Shown here: in pieces, positions 41,301 through 53,300 of the stretch | Layout of the letters: every line of letters starts with the position of its first letter | Position numbering within the stretch: the first letter of the stretch is position 1 | Source: Balanoglossus misakiensis | Lineage: Eukaryota > Animalia > Hemichordata | Direction of reading: 5' to 3' | DNA length: 64,000 bases | Assembly: GCA_040954595.2 (NCBI GenBank) | Contig: CM082596.2 | Span: 9,382,461 to 9,446,460, forward strand | Position numbers and translations under genes: made by a program | The notes under the pieces: model-generated | The model's input: the letters and a program-made list of their open reading frames with translations, nothing else | Told to the model about the DNA's origin: nothing | The model's database searches: none

Positions 41301-43072
41301 ATAAACCTGTTTGTTTTGCTATCTTCACTATTCATGTTATCTGACTATATTAATACATTTGCAAGCATACTGTTTCAGACGTAGTGAAGTTGATAAACAT
41401 TTACGGGTATATTTTTACCTGTTGAAACTTAAAGTTGATCAAAAACTGGACACTTCACATAGGATTTTTCATCCCCTCTGTAGATTGATAGTCTAACATA
41501 GCAGGCAATCTTTCTTTCAAAACTGCAGAGGCCTTTATAAAAAGTTGTTGGCAAGAATGAAAGCTTGGGGTGGGGGGGTGTAGGATTTCCTACATTTTAG
41601 GTTATTTTTTTATATGCCCCCCAAAAGTTATGACAAAAAATTGATGACACCCTCAGAATTTATACTCCCTCCCCCATCATACGCTATCCATATTCATATA
41701 AATATGTCAATAAACGCCATACTGTCCTGTAGGTTTGAGCTAATATTATGAATTTTCTATTTTTTATCGTTTTGTCTTTTTCTGCATTATTGGTAAAAAC
41801 ATCTTAATTTCTGAAAGCGATAGACTGACTCCTTCAAAATATAGTATGAAGCTGCCTATAGGTGGTCCGAGTTACCATAGTTTTGTTCAAATCGAAATTG
41901 TTGTAAAATTGGCATTTTTAATTTTGAACAATTTTTGCCATTTTTGCTCAGAATGCTTTGAAATTTGGTACGCAGATTCCTAGGGGGTAACCCAAGTAAG
42001 ATGTAAAATATGCTTAAAATTGCGTGCTTGTGTTATTGGGGAATTTTTGTACAATTTTTATCAAAAACTTTGATTTTCTATTTTTGATGCATTTGTTTAT
42101 ATTAATTTTTCAACATTATTGGTAAAAAATCTTCATTTCTGAAAGTGATCGGCCTACTTCTTTGAAATTTAGTATGAAGCTTCTTATAGGTTGTCTGAGC
42201 AACCATGGTTTTGTTCAAATTATTGCAAAAAATTACATATTTATAATTTTGATGATAATTTTTTTGTTATTTTTCCCCTCTGAAACCGCTTGTCAGATTG
42301 CTTTGATTGATTCGCTTTTTGGCAGGCATGTTCCTTGTGGTGATTGAAGTTAGGATTTTGAACAATTTTGGTGATATTTGCTTGTATGTGTTTTTGCCAC
42401 TTTTGAACAAATATTTAGCGAGTTTTTTGCAAATTATTGATTTTGGTTAGCAAATCTTCTAAACTCATGTCCAGTTGCATTGAAAGTTACTGTTTACAAG
42501 GTATTGGTACCCCGAGACTGTTTACACTACATGTTTACATAACTTAATAGGCCAGCTGTTACAGAGACCATTAGCTATTGAATGTCTGTCAGTCTGTCCA
42601 AGGGCTGACTGTAAGAAGTTGCTTGTCATGTGTGTTTCTACACGCAATTTTTGGTCAAACATAAATTTTTCTTGCATCACTTGTAAGACTGCCATGACAC
42701 ATGACAGTCTATTGGGCATGGTCCTTGTTAATTTTTTTACATTTTCATATTTATATATGGTTAGGTCATATCTGCTTGCCAGTGTCGCATGTGATTTTTA
42801 TTCTTGTCTATAACTAATTCCGTGTAATCCTCAAATGGGACCACAGTGTCCTTGACGCTATTTTTTCATAGTCATCCCTAAAAGTCTGGTGTTATGTGCC
42901 TCCCCCCCCCCCCAATTTCTCATGTAAAAAAATCGATGGCCCCCTGGAAATCCTACAGCCACCTCAATTCCTGGGGAAGTATATTCTCAACACTCCCTTA
43001 TATCACATCCCATATATTGCGACCTACAGGTTTATGATTTGTTACTAACTGCTATGCATATTTCATTCACAG

Positions 43073-43157
43073 ATGGAAGCCATGATTGTCGCAATTTCAA
43101 CTGGTCCAGGGTTTCTCGTTCTCCTGTGCGCTGAAGCTTGGTTAAGACTACTTTCTG
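43073..43157 (+). other. Exon-like unit A3 (85 nt)
   Basis: Diverged paralog of A1/A2; TACTAAC, TTTCATTCACAG| and TG|GTAAGC conserved. Confidence 0.58.
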
Positions 43158-43670
43158 GTAAGCATGAGTTCATCTATATTTGCTTTTTTAGGGCATTATT
43201 GATTTCCTGTAATGTGATTATGATGAGGTGAATGAACTGGACATAAATTCAGTTTGGACACATTTAGAATTGGCAGAATTACCCATAGCTATAATTGTAT
43301 ATAGGCGGCTTGAATTTAATTATTTGTTTGCCGTCCATGGGTGGGTATGTTTTACGTACAGTGTTATTAAGTCTGTGTGCATGTTTTTGTTGTTTACACA
43401 TAAATATCATTTGTCACCTGATTGCCATGTAAGAGAATACCCATATGGAGCTTCTATACTCTGCAGTACTATTACTTAGTCAGATGTAAATGGAGTTTCA
43501 AAATTGCTGTTTCACAGATTTATCTGCTAAGTATTCTATTGTTATGCGTTGTCACAACACAGCCTTGACCCTACATTATACCATGTTCTGCATATTTTGA
43601 CTTATTAGTATGACATAATGCAAGTTTGTGATTGGTTACTTATAAACATGCACATATATTTGATTCACAG

Positions 43671-43772
43671 GTGGACTGTCTTAAATGGTCATCATTAGGC
43701 TATGCAGGAGGGGGAGAAGACCTTGGACCCTATGTTAAAGACCCTTGCGGCCCCGTCAAGTACCTTTTTCTG
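43671..43772 (+). other. Exon-like unit B3 (102 nt)
   Basis: Diverged paralog of B1/B2; TTTGATTCACAG| and TG|GTAACC; open frame VDCLKWSSLGYAGGGEDLGPYVKDPCGPVKYLFL. Confidence 0.55.
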
Positions 43773-46700
43773 GTAACCACAACTTGTTGTATACATGCTT
43801 CATAGCCAGTTTATATGTTACTGTTTTTAATCAAATAGTTAATTCACCCTCTCAATTTTATTGGGGCAGCAATCCACCATTGGTTTATTATGCACACCTC
43901 TAATAATCACTTGTCGGATGAATATTCTCCACTTGGTAACCTTTATGTAGTGCTATCCTCCACGATCAAGAAGTGGGTTGATTATGACTATTTGAATAGG
44001 GTACCTAATTGTATTAAGGGTATAGGGGAAGTATTTCACAAATGTTTGTGTACATGGATTTCTCATTTCAACTCATTGGAGATGTTTTTCCTTCATTTTG
44101 TGATCTTAGTTAGTTTGGCGCAAATTGTTGCCAGTTTTGCATATTTGTAATGTTTGGTCAATTTTTGCCATTCCGAGTCGAAAATCGTTTTTCTGAAACT
44201 TTTTGTCAGATAGCTTTGAAATTTGGAAGGCATGTTCCTACTCAGGCGAGGGGTGTAAACCTAAGTAAACTGTTGGTGTGAAATTTGGTGAAACTTTTGG
44301 GAAATTTTGCAACTTTTCATCAAAAATTGTTTGAAACTACTTGTCAGATTGATTGTAAATTTAGTCAATCTTTGTAGGCCCCATTCAATATATGTGTATA
44401 CCACTGGGACCTTATGCGATTCAGCTGCTTCTGTATCTATGTCCATCCACAACAAAAACTTATAGCCGCAATATTTGGAGTGTAAAGGCTGTTCTGTAGA
44501 TATAATTTTGTTTAAGTTGTCATGGCCAAAAATGTGCAAATGAGCTTGAAAAACGTTAAATGGTCTAAACTCATCAACTACTGGGCAAATTGCTTTATAA
44601 ATTTGTATGCATGACGACTTCAAAGTCCTGCATGTTTTAAGCTCATATCATGAATTTTCTATTTTTTATGCTTGTTTGGACTTTTCCATATTTTTTGTAA
44701 ATAAACAATTTATGGAAGTGATAGCCAATTTCTTTAAAATTTAGCATGAAGCTTCCTATATTTGATCTAAGGTGGCTTTTGTAAATTGCCTATTTGTAAG
44801 TTTGGGAGATTTTTACCAATTTTGCTCAAAAATCATTTTCTCTGAAATCCCTCGTCAGATTGCTTTTAAATTTGGTTGGAACGTTCCTTGAGGTTACCCA
44901 AGTAAGATGTTGTAAAATGTTAGTGAAATTTGTGTTCTTGGGGCAATTTTTGCAATTTTCCATCAAATTTCGTATCCTTTAAACTATTTGTTGATAATAG
45001 CTGGTAGCCGATCAAACTCTGGTTGTACTCAGCTTGTGACTGTCGATAAAACTATTATTTTCAATAAAAATCTGCCGAGAAAATGCAGACTGATTCCAAA
45101 GGATTCTTATCTTAAATAGTATAGGCTGAAACTATTTCCGTCATAACAGAAGGGTTCAAAACGTAATAATCTAATGCTGTAAGTCGCAATCTCGCCTTCC
45201 TATCTCCAGTGAAAAATGATAAGACAACACCAATGGTATGAGTAATGATATAACCCATATTTATTTCAAGTTAACTAAACTGTGATAAAAGCAGTGATAG
45301 AACTGGTTTCACTTTAGAAGGTATTGCTTGGACCACGAAAAAAGACAATTATTACTGACAGTAATGAAACGCATCCCATCCATGCATTCATCAAAAGTAA
45401 TTTCTCCATGCTTTTTGAGCAACTTGGCCTATGTATAGTACCCTATTGTCTCTCAATGCAAGCCACTTGCTTTCACAAAACAATCCCATTTTGCCACTTT
45501 GTACTGTTCTTTATATTTTGATCTGAATCTAAAAATACCATCGACTCATCCAGTGTGAGTTAGCACTGTAATTAGCCAAAGTTATAAATCCACAGTTACC
45601 CAGCAAATTTGATTTAATGCTTCCCAAAGGTATTGGTTTTGAACTCTCTTCTGAAATAGGTATGAAAATTTTAAAATTTCTACTGTTTCAACCCAGACTA
45701 GTTTATTTCTGAGTAAACAGAGAAATGACAACCGATAGATTATTCCTCTGTAATAAAGACATATGCAGACACAAGAAAAAGTCTGAACATAATCAGTACA
45801 TTACTAAAACAGTGTAGGTACATTGTACTATAAACTCAGGAAGATAAGTGACTATTGTTTGCCAAAAATGGTCCCAAGTCATTTCTCAAGCAGAGCAGAA
45901 TAGTAGCTTAGAGAAGCAAAGTGTGATGATTTAAAATGTGAAAAGGCAACACCAATCTCTAGCTCTGCTCTTAGCACTGCAAATGTTATCAGACAGGTAG
46001 ATAGATGTTCAGTCATCCTATGTCTGTCAACACTTTTTCTTTTCTGAAATCACTGGTGCAAGTGCTTTCAAATTTGGTATGCAGGTTTCTGGGGGTAGCG
46101 AAGTAATGCGTGTTCAAATTGTGTTGAATTCTGCATATTTGTAGTTTGAAACGAGTTTTTGCTGTCTTTGGAAGAAGAAGTAAGCTTGTAGGATTTCTTT
46201 GACTATGCAAGTTTCTAGGGATAACGAAAGTTGTTTCTTCAAAATGTGGTGAAATTTGCATATTTTTTTTTTGGGGGGGGGGAATTTTCTCTGAAATTTA
46301 GTATGTATCTCCATGAGGTTTGTGACATAACTTGCAATTTTGTATTTTGGGGGCAGTTGCCTTTTTATTTGGACTTAAAATCATATTAGAATATGCATAT
46401 CTGATTGTCATGTCCACAGGGGTGATATTATTTGTTTACATTATGACCGAATCTGTAAAGTTTTCATAATGATCTTTAAAATTGGTACGTCTAATTGTTT
46501 CGATCTTTGTTGTGAATTGTCCCTGAGTGATCTTAGTCATTTTTTTAAAATTCTGCTGAATATTGCATTATTATTTTATGTCTGAGTCTGAAGAGTAGTC
46601 CTCTTCTCTGAAACCCCTTGCCCTAAAGTCAGGTGTCAAATAGTATAATTTGCATATTTGTTGCATATGGGATATTGTTGCAGTTTTTTGAAGTTCAAGA

Positions 46701-47796
46701 TGGCTGCCAATCTTTGTTTTAACTCTTTGGAAAAACATTTATTTAAATACTTTTCTGAAAACAAGGTGGTGAACATCACATGTTTTCAAACAGTAATTGA
46801 TATAGCTATCATTGTTTCTGAAAATCTTAACTTGTAGGATTCTTTTTTAATCTCTAGCATCTGCAAAGACCACTAAAACAGCAACTCTATAAAAAGTCTT
46901 ATTGCTTAGTACTGACACAAGGTGGTAAAAAGATATGCAGCTTTTGACTTCTTACAGGCTTACATTTTGTTAGTGATATCAGTCCCTTTTTGGTATTGTG
47001 CTGTTTTTTTTCAGGAGCTTGGGCCCCATTCCCTGGATTTTTTTGCACACCTGGCTCTGAAAAGCTGCCACACCTAGGCTTCTCAAATTTGTCACAGCTG
47101 TCCTTGCCAACGAGTGTGCACCTTGAAATTCAAATCAGTTATTTGACCTGGCAGCCATATTCAGTTAAACTTTTTGAATTAATGCAAATTAGCTGGGACA
47201 ATTTGAAATTGGTCAAAACTCAGAAACTCGACAACCACTGGTCAGATTGATTTGACAATTGGTATGCAAGTACCTTATGTCAACCACATACAGTTCTATA
47301 TTTTTTTGAACAAATAATTTGAATATTCTATTTTTCTGCATTTTTTCATCAGTTTTGGCAAAAAGTCTACTTTTCTAGAATTGATGAGTCGACTTCTTTG
47401 GGCGACGGCAAAGGCTAGGGGGGAATTTAAACGGATTTTATTGCCTCTATGTGTGTGTCTGTCTGTCTGTACTCCTGTGTAGACTTCTTTTAGTGTAATC
47501 ACTAAATGAGACCACAGTGTCCCTGACGCGATTTTCAGTGACCCCAGGGTAACCTTTGACCAGCTTTCCTATATCTTAGTATTCACAGCAGAATACAGCC
47601 TTGGCATACTAACCCTGGTAACCATGGGAACTGTTTGGGCCCCACCAATGGTGCTGGCAGCTTTAATTTTTAAATGATTTCTTCTTATCATTGTTTTTTT
47701 ATCAATGATGATGACTTGATCTAATCAGTTTTTTTAAAATAATTTCATTCTTTTTTTACATTAGGTTCATTGGTAACACTGCTGCTAGAGGGAGTG

Positions 47797-48415
47797 TAAT
47801 ACTTGTAACGACGCCGCCACCTAATACTGTACTGGAGAGATGAACTTAATACTTGTAACGACACCGCCACCTAATACTGTACTGGAGGGATGAACTTAAT
47901 ACTTGTAACGACGCCGCCACCTAATACTGTACTGGAGGGATGAACTTAATACTTGTAACGACGCCGCCACCTAATACTGTACTGGAGAGATGAACTTAAT
48001 ACTTGTAACGACGCCGCCACCTAATACTGTACTGGAGAGATGAACTTAATACTTGTAACGACGCCGCCACCTAATACTGTACTGGAGGGATGAACTTAAT
48101 ACTTGTAACGACGCCGCCACCTAATACTGTACTGGAGAGATGAACTTAATACTTGTAACGACGCCGCCACCTAATACTGTACTGGAGAGATGAACTTAAT
48201 ACTTGTAACGACGCCGCCACCTAATACTGTACTGGAGGGATGAACTTAATACTTGTAACGACGCCGCCACCTAATACTGTACTGGAGGGATGAACATAAT
48301 ACTTGTAACGCCGCCGCCACCTAATACTGTACTGGAGGGATGAACTTAATACTTGTAACGACGCCGCCACCTAATACTGTACTGGAGGGATGAACTTAAA
48401 CTTGTAACGACGCCA
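47797..48415. repeat. 50-bp minisatellite, ~12 near-identical copies
   Basis: Unit AATACTTGTAACGACGCCGCCACCTAATACTGTACTGGAGRGATGAACTT; period 50 (e.g. 47821, 47871). Confidence 0.97.
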
Positions 48416-48597
48416 GATGATGCTTCTGTGACCAGAGGGATGAACAACGCCATGATTTGTTGATCTGATCTAATTAATAATATTCATTCTTTTTTTTCAA
48501 TAGGTTCATTGGTAATATCATCGCCGGAGGGAGTCTAATCAATATCTACAACAACGCTGCGCCAGATAACAATATCATAACCAGAGGGATGCTGTCA

Positions 48598-48790
48598 ATA
48601 GGTTAGGTTAATAAAAATGGTTTAATCTGAGGGAATGGTAAAGGGTTGGTGTATGAATATGTTAGGGTAATAAAAAATGGTATAATCTAACGGAATGGTG
48701 AAGGGTTGGTGTATGAATAGGTTAGGCTAATAAAAAATGGTATAATGTAATGGAATGTAATGGAATGGTGAAGGGTTGGTGTATGATGAC
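48598..48790. repeat. ~60-bp C-poor tandem repeat, 3 copies
   Basis: AAGGGTTGGTGTATGA at 48641, 48701 and 48771. Confidence 0.85.
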
Positions 48791-49195
48791 AGTGTGCACA
48801 AGGGTACTGTAACAAAACTGTCTGCATGGGTATAATATTATGGTTTCAAGGGTATGATAAGTAATTAAAATACTATAAAAACAAGGGTAATGCCACATGG
48901 TAAATAAAAACTGTACATGTACAGAGGGTAAATACCGGTATAATATATAAGGGTGTAAACATCAATGGTGCAATAATAAAAAATGGGTAACACAAGGTTT
49001 TGGTGGTATAATAATAATAAAATGGTATTAACTTGATGGTATAAACATTATGGGATGTGTATAAATGGTGTTAATATTACAAAGGTATGATGATTAATTG
49101 GGGTGTAATAATAAGAAATTTAAAATCATTGGGTAATTTATTAGTGTCAGGTTGGGTAAAATAATTTTTGCTATGCATTCGTGTAATTTGTCTGC

Positions 49196-49393
49196 CGATT
49201 TTTTGCAGCGTTACCCGCGTTCGCGTTCTTCATTGCAGGTCGCTCGTCGTGTAATGGAATTTCGCCGTGTGCCCGTTTGATTCGCCGATGGATTTTTTTA
49301 CAACGTTACCCGCGTTCGCGTTCTTCATCGCAGTTCGCTCGTCGTGTAATGGAATTTCGCCGTGTGCCCGTTTGATTCACCGATGGATTTTTT
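49196..49393. repeat. 95-bp CpG-rich direct duplication
   Basis: CGTTACCCGCGTTCGCGTTCTTCAT at 49209 and 49304. Confidence 0.9.
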
Positions 49394-50096
49394 GCTTTCG
49401 TCATCGTAATTCCCGCATCAACACGAATCCTCAATCTCACGTAACAACAATACATCAAAATGTACACAGAAAAATAGGAGTCGGCAAGACAATTCTGGTT
49501 AGTGTGAGCCCCAACCTTTTAAAATTCACAACGGGGGAGGGGGCAGTTTTTCCTCACTTTATATTTGGCTCGAGGTTTTTAACTGTCCCCAGGCGCGTAA
49601 AGTTAGTTAGTTTATCACACAGAATGTAATTATCTTGCTTGATTTAAAAAAACACTAAAATTGTATGGGGGAGCTTCTTGCGATTTGCACTTAAGAAACT
49701 GATGGTTTTTACCCATAGGTAATAATTAGTATTAACACATAATTGCCTAGAAATAAAAATTAACTCAAGGGTAGAATGCAACAGTTTATTTTGTGCAATA
49801 TCAACAGGAGCTATTTTGGCACATTATTTCAGTTTGATAAACACTGTTTTTGCTCATTGTTTCATTTCGACCACATTATTTCAGTTTGATGAACACTGTT
49901 TTTGCTTATTGTTTTATTTCAACCACTTTTGTCACCTTGTTTTAAATTGAATGCAAGCATTGTTTCTGTTTGACCACTACTTGGGGTAATTGTTCCAAAT
50001 TGGTATGCAAGATATTTTACATCAGCAGTTAGCCATCTAGCCACACTTTAGCTGCACAGCATATGAAAAATAATGAAATTCATGCAAAAAGCAAAA

Positions 50097-50153
50097 AAGT
50101 ATTATGGGTATAATGCCATTGCAGCATTGGCGGTTCGACTCCGTCGATACTTA
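50097..50153 (+). ncRNA. Candidate tRNA-like (mascRNA/menRNA-like) small RNA structure, 57 nt
   Basis: Acceptor stem AAGTATT/GATACTT (7 bp, one G-U), 8-nt linker ATGGGTAT, stem-loop AATGC-CATTGCA-GCATT, T-arm GGCGG-TTCGACT-CCGTC, discriminator A; immediately preceded by AAAAAGCAAAA (50086-50096). Folded by eye only. Confidence 0.45.
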
Positions 50154-50335
50154 CTTTGAAGCATAAGTCTTCATTATTTTTCATATGTAATAAATAAAAC
50201 TATTCCAAATTCATATCTTAGTTTTCAGTTTGTGCTTTTGCTTCAGTTAGGGGGCCCACACTTACCAAACCTGTCTTGCCATCTTTTCACATTTCTTTAA
50301 ATATGCAGCGCCAGCAGTAGGCAGTATTTGATCAA

Positions 50336-53300
50336 ATTGACCCACAAATCACTCAAAATTAATAGGCAGGATACTGTCCACTCTGGCCTGGTTACTGTCT
50401 GGCCTGGTTAATGTTGACGCAAAGGTTGACCCCACCAAACACTCAAAATTAATGGACAGGATACTGTCCACTCTGGCCTGGTTACAGTGTGCTCTGGTTA
50501 ATGTTGACGCAAAGGATGTCCACCAAACACTCAAAATTAATGGACAGGATACTGTCCACTCTGGCCTGGTTACTATCTGGCCTAGTTAATGTTGACGCAA
50601 AGGTTGACCCCACCAAACACTCAAAATTAATGGGCAGCATACTGTCCACTCTGGCCTGGTTACTATCTGGCCTGGTTAATGTTGACGCAAAGGTTGACCC
50701 CACCAAACACTCAAAATTAATGGACAGGATACTGTCGACTCTGGCCTGGTTACTACCTGGCCTGGTTAATGTTGACACAAAGGTTGACCCCACCAGACAC
50801 TCAAAATTAATGGACAGGATACTGTCGACTCTGGCCTAGTTACTATCTGGCCTGGTTAATGTTTACGCAAAGGTTGACCCCACCAGACACTCAAAATTAA
50901 TGGACAGGATACTGTCGACTCTGGCCTGGTTACTATCTGGCCTGGTTAATGTTGACGCAAAGGTTGACCCAACCAAACACTCGAAATTAATGAGCAGAAT
51001 ACTGTCCACTCTGGCCTGGTTACTGTCAGGCTGGTTAATGTTGACGCAAAGGTTGAGCCCACCAAACACTCGAAATTAATGGGCAGAATACTGTCCACTC
51101 TGGCCTGGTTACTGTCTGGTCTGGTTAATGTTGACACAAGGTTGACCCCACCAGACACTCAAAATTAATGGACAGGATACTGTCCACTCTGGCCTGGTTA
51201 CTGTCTGGCCTGGTTAATGTTGATGCAAAGGTTGACCCCACCAGACACTCAAAATTAATGGACAGGATACTGTCCACTCTGGCCTGGTTACTGTCTGGCC
51301 TGGTTAATGTTGATGCAAAGGTTGACCCCACCAGACACTCAAAATTAATGGGCAGAATACTGTCCACTCTGGCCAGGATACTGTCTGGTCTGGTTAATGT
51401 TGACGCAAAGGTTGACCCCACCAGACACTCAGAATTAATGGACAGGATACTGTCCACTCTGGCCAGGATACTGTCTGGCCTGGTTAATGTTGACGCAGAG
51501 GTTGACCCCACCAGACACTCAAAATTAATGGACAGGATACTGTCCACTCTGGCCAGGATACTGTCTGGCCTGGTTAATGTTGACGCAAAGGTTGACCCCA
51601 CCAGACACACAAAATTAATGGGCAGGATACTGTCCACTCTGGCCAGGATACTGTCTGGTCTGGTTAATGTTGACGCAAAGGTTGACCCCACCAAACACTC
51701 GAAATTAATGGGCAGAATACTGTCCACTCTGGCCAGGATACTGTCTGGTCTGGTTAATGTTGACGCAAAGGTTGACCCCACCAGACACTCAAAATTAATG
51801 GGCAGGATACTGTCCACTCTGGCCAGGATACTGTCTGGTCTGGTTAATGTTGACGCACAGGTTGACCCCACCAAACACTCGAAATTAATGGGCAGAATAC
51901 TGTCCACTCTGGCCAGGATACTGTCTGTTCTGATTAATGTTGACGCAAAGGTTGACCCCACCAGACACTCAAAATTAATGGACAGGATACTGTCCACTCT
52001 GGCCTGGTTACTGTCTGGCCTGGTTAATGTTGACGCAAAGGTTGAACCCACCAAACACTCAAAATTAATGGACAGGATACTGTCCACTCTGGCCAGGATA
52101 CTGTCTGGCCTGGTTAATGTTGACGCAAAGGTTGAACCCACCAAACACTCAAAATTAATGGACAGGATACTGTCCACTCTGGCCAGGATACTGTCTGGCC
52201 TGGTTAATGTTGACGCAAAGGTTGCCCCACCAGACACTCAAAATTAATGGGCAGGATACTGTCCACTCTGGCCTGGTTACTATCTGGCCTGGTTAATGTT
52301 GACGCAAAGGTTGACCCCACCAAACACTCAAAATTAATGGGCAGAATACTGTCCACTCTGGCCTGGTTACTATCTGGCCTGGTTAATGTTGACGCAAAGG
52401 TTGACCCCACCAAACACTCGAAATTAATGGGCAGAATACTGTCCACTCTGGCCTGGTTACTATCTGGCCTGGTTAATGTTGACGCAAAGGTTGACCCCAC
52501 CAAACACTCGAAATTAATGGGCAGAATACTGTCCACTCTGGCCTGGTTACTATCTGGCCTGGTTAATGTTGACGCAAAGGTTGACCCCACCAAACACTCA
52601 AAATTAATGGACAGGATACTGTCCACTCTGGCCTGGTTACTGTCTGGCCTGGTTAATGTTGACGCAAAGGTTGACCCCACCAAACACTCAAAATTAATGG
52701 ACAGAATAATGTCCACTCTGGTCTGGTTACTGTCTGGCCTGGTTAATGTTGACGCAAAGGTTGACCCCACCAAACACTCGAAATTAATGGCCAGAATACT
52801 GTCCACTCTGGCCTGGTTACTGTCTGGCCTGGTTAATGTTGACGCAAAGGTTGACCCCACCAAACACTCGAAATTAATGGGCAGAATACTGTCCACTCTG
52901 GCCAGGATACTGTCTGGCCTGGTTAATGTTGACGCAAAGGTTTGACCCCACCAAACACTTGAAATTCATGGGCAGAATACTGTCCACTCTCCGCCTGGTT
53001 ACTTTCAGGCCTGGTTAATGTTGACGCAAAGGTTGACCCCACAGAACACTCGAAATTCATGGGCAGGATACTGTCCACTCTGGCCTGGTTACTGTCTGGC
53101 CTGGTTAATGTTGACACAAAGGTTGACCCCACCAAACACTCGAAATTCATGGGCAGAATACTGTCCACTCTGGCCAGGATACTGTCTGGCCTGGTTAATG
53201 TTGACGCAAAGGTTGACCCCACCAAACACTTGAAATTCATGGGCAGAATACTGTCCACTCTCCGTCTGGTTACTTTCAGGCCTGGTTAATGTTGACGCAA

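Noticed and set aside
47797-48415. CRISPR array
   Set aside because: The units are contiguous and near-identical with no unique spacers; no cas genes; eukaryotic context.
50097-50153. Canonical tRNA-Gln(TTG) gene
   Set aside because: Only 57 nt, no proper D-arm or variable loop, no U33, and the A/B box spacing is too short for a normal Pol III tRNA gene.
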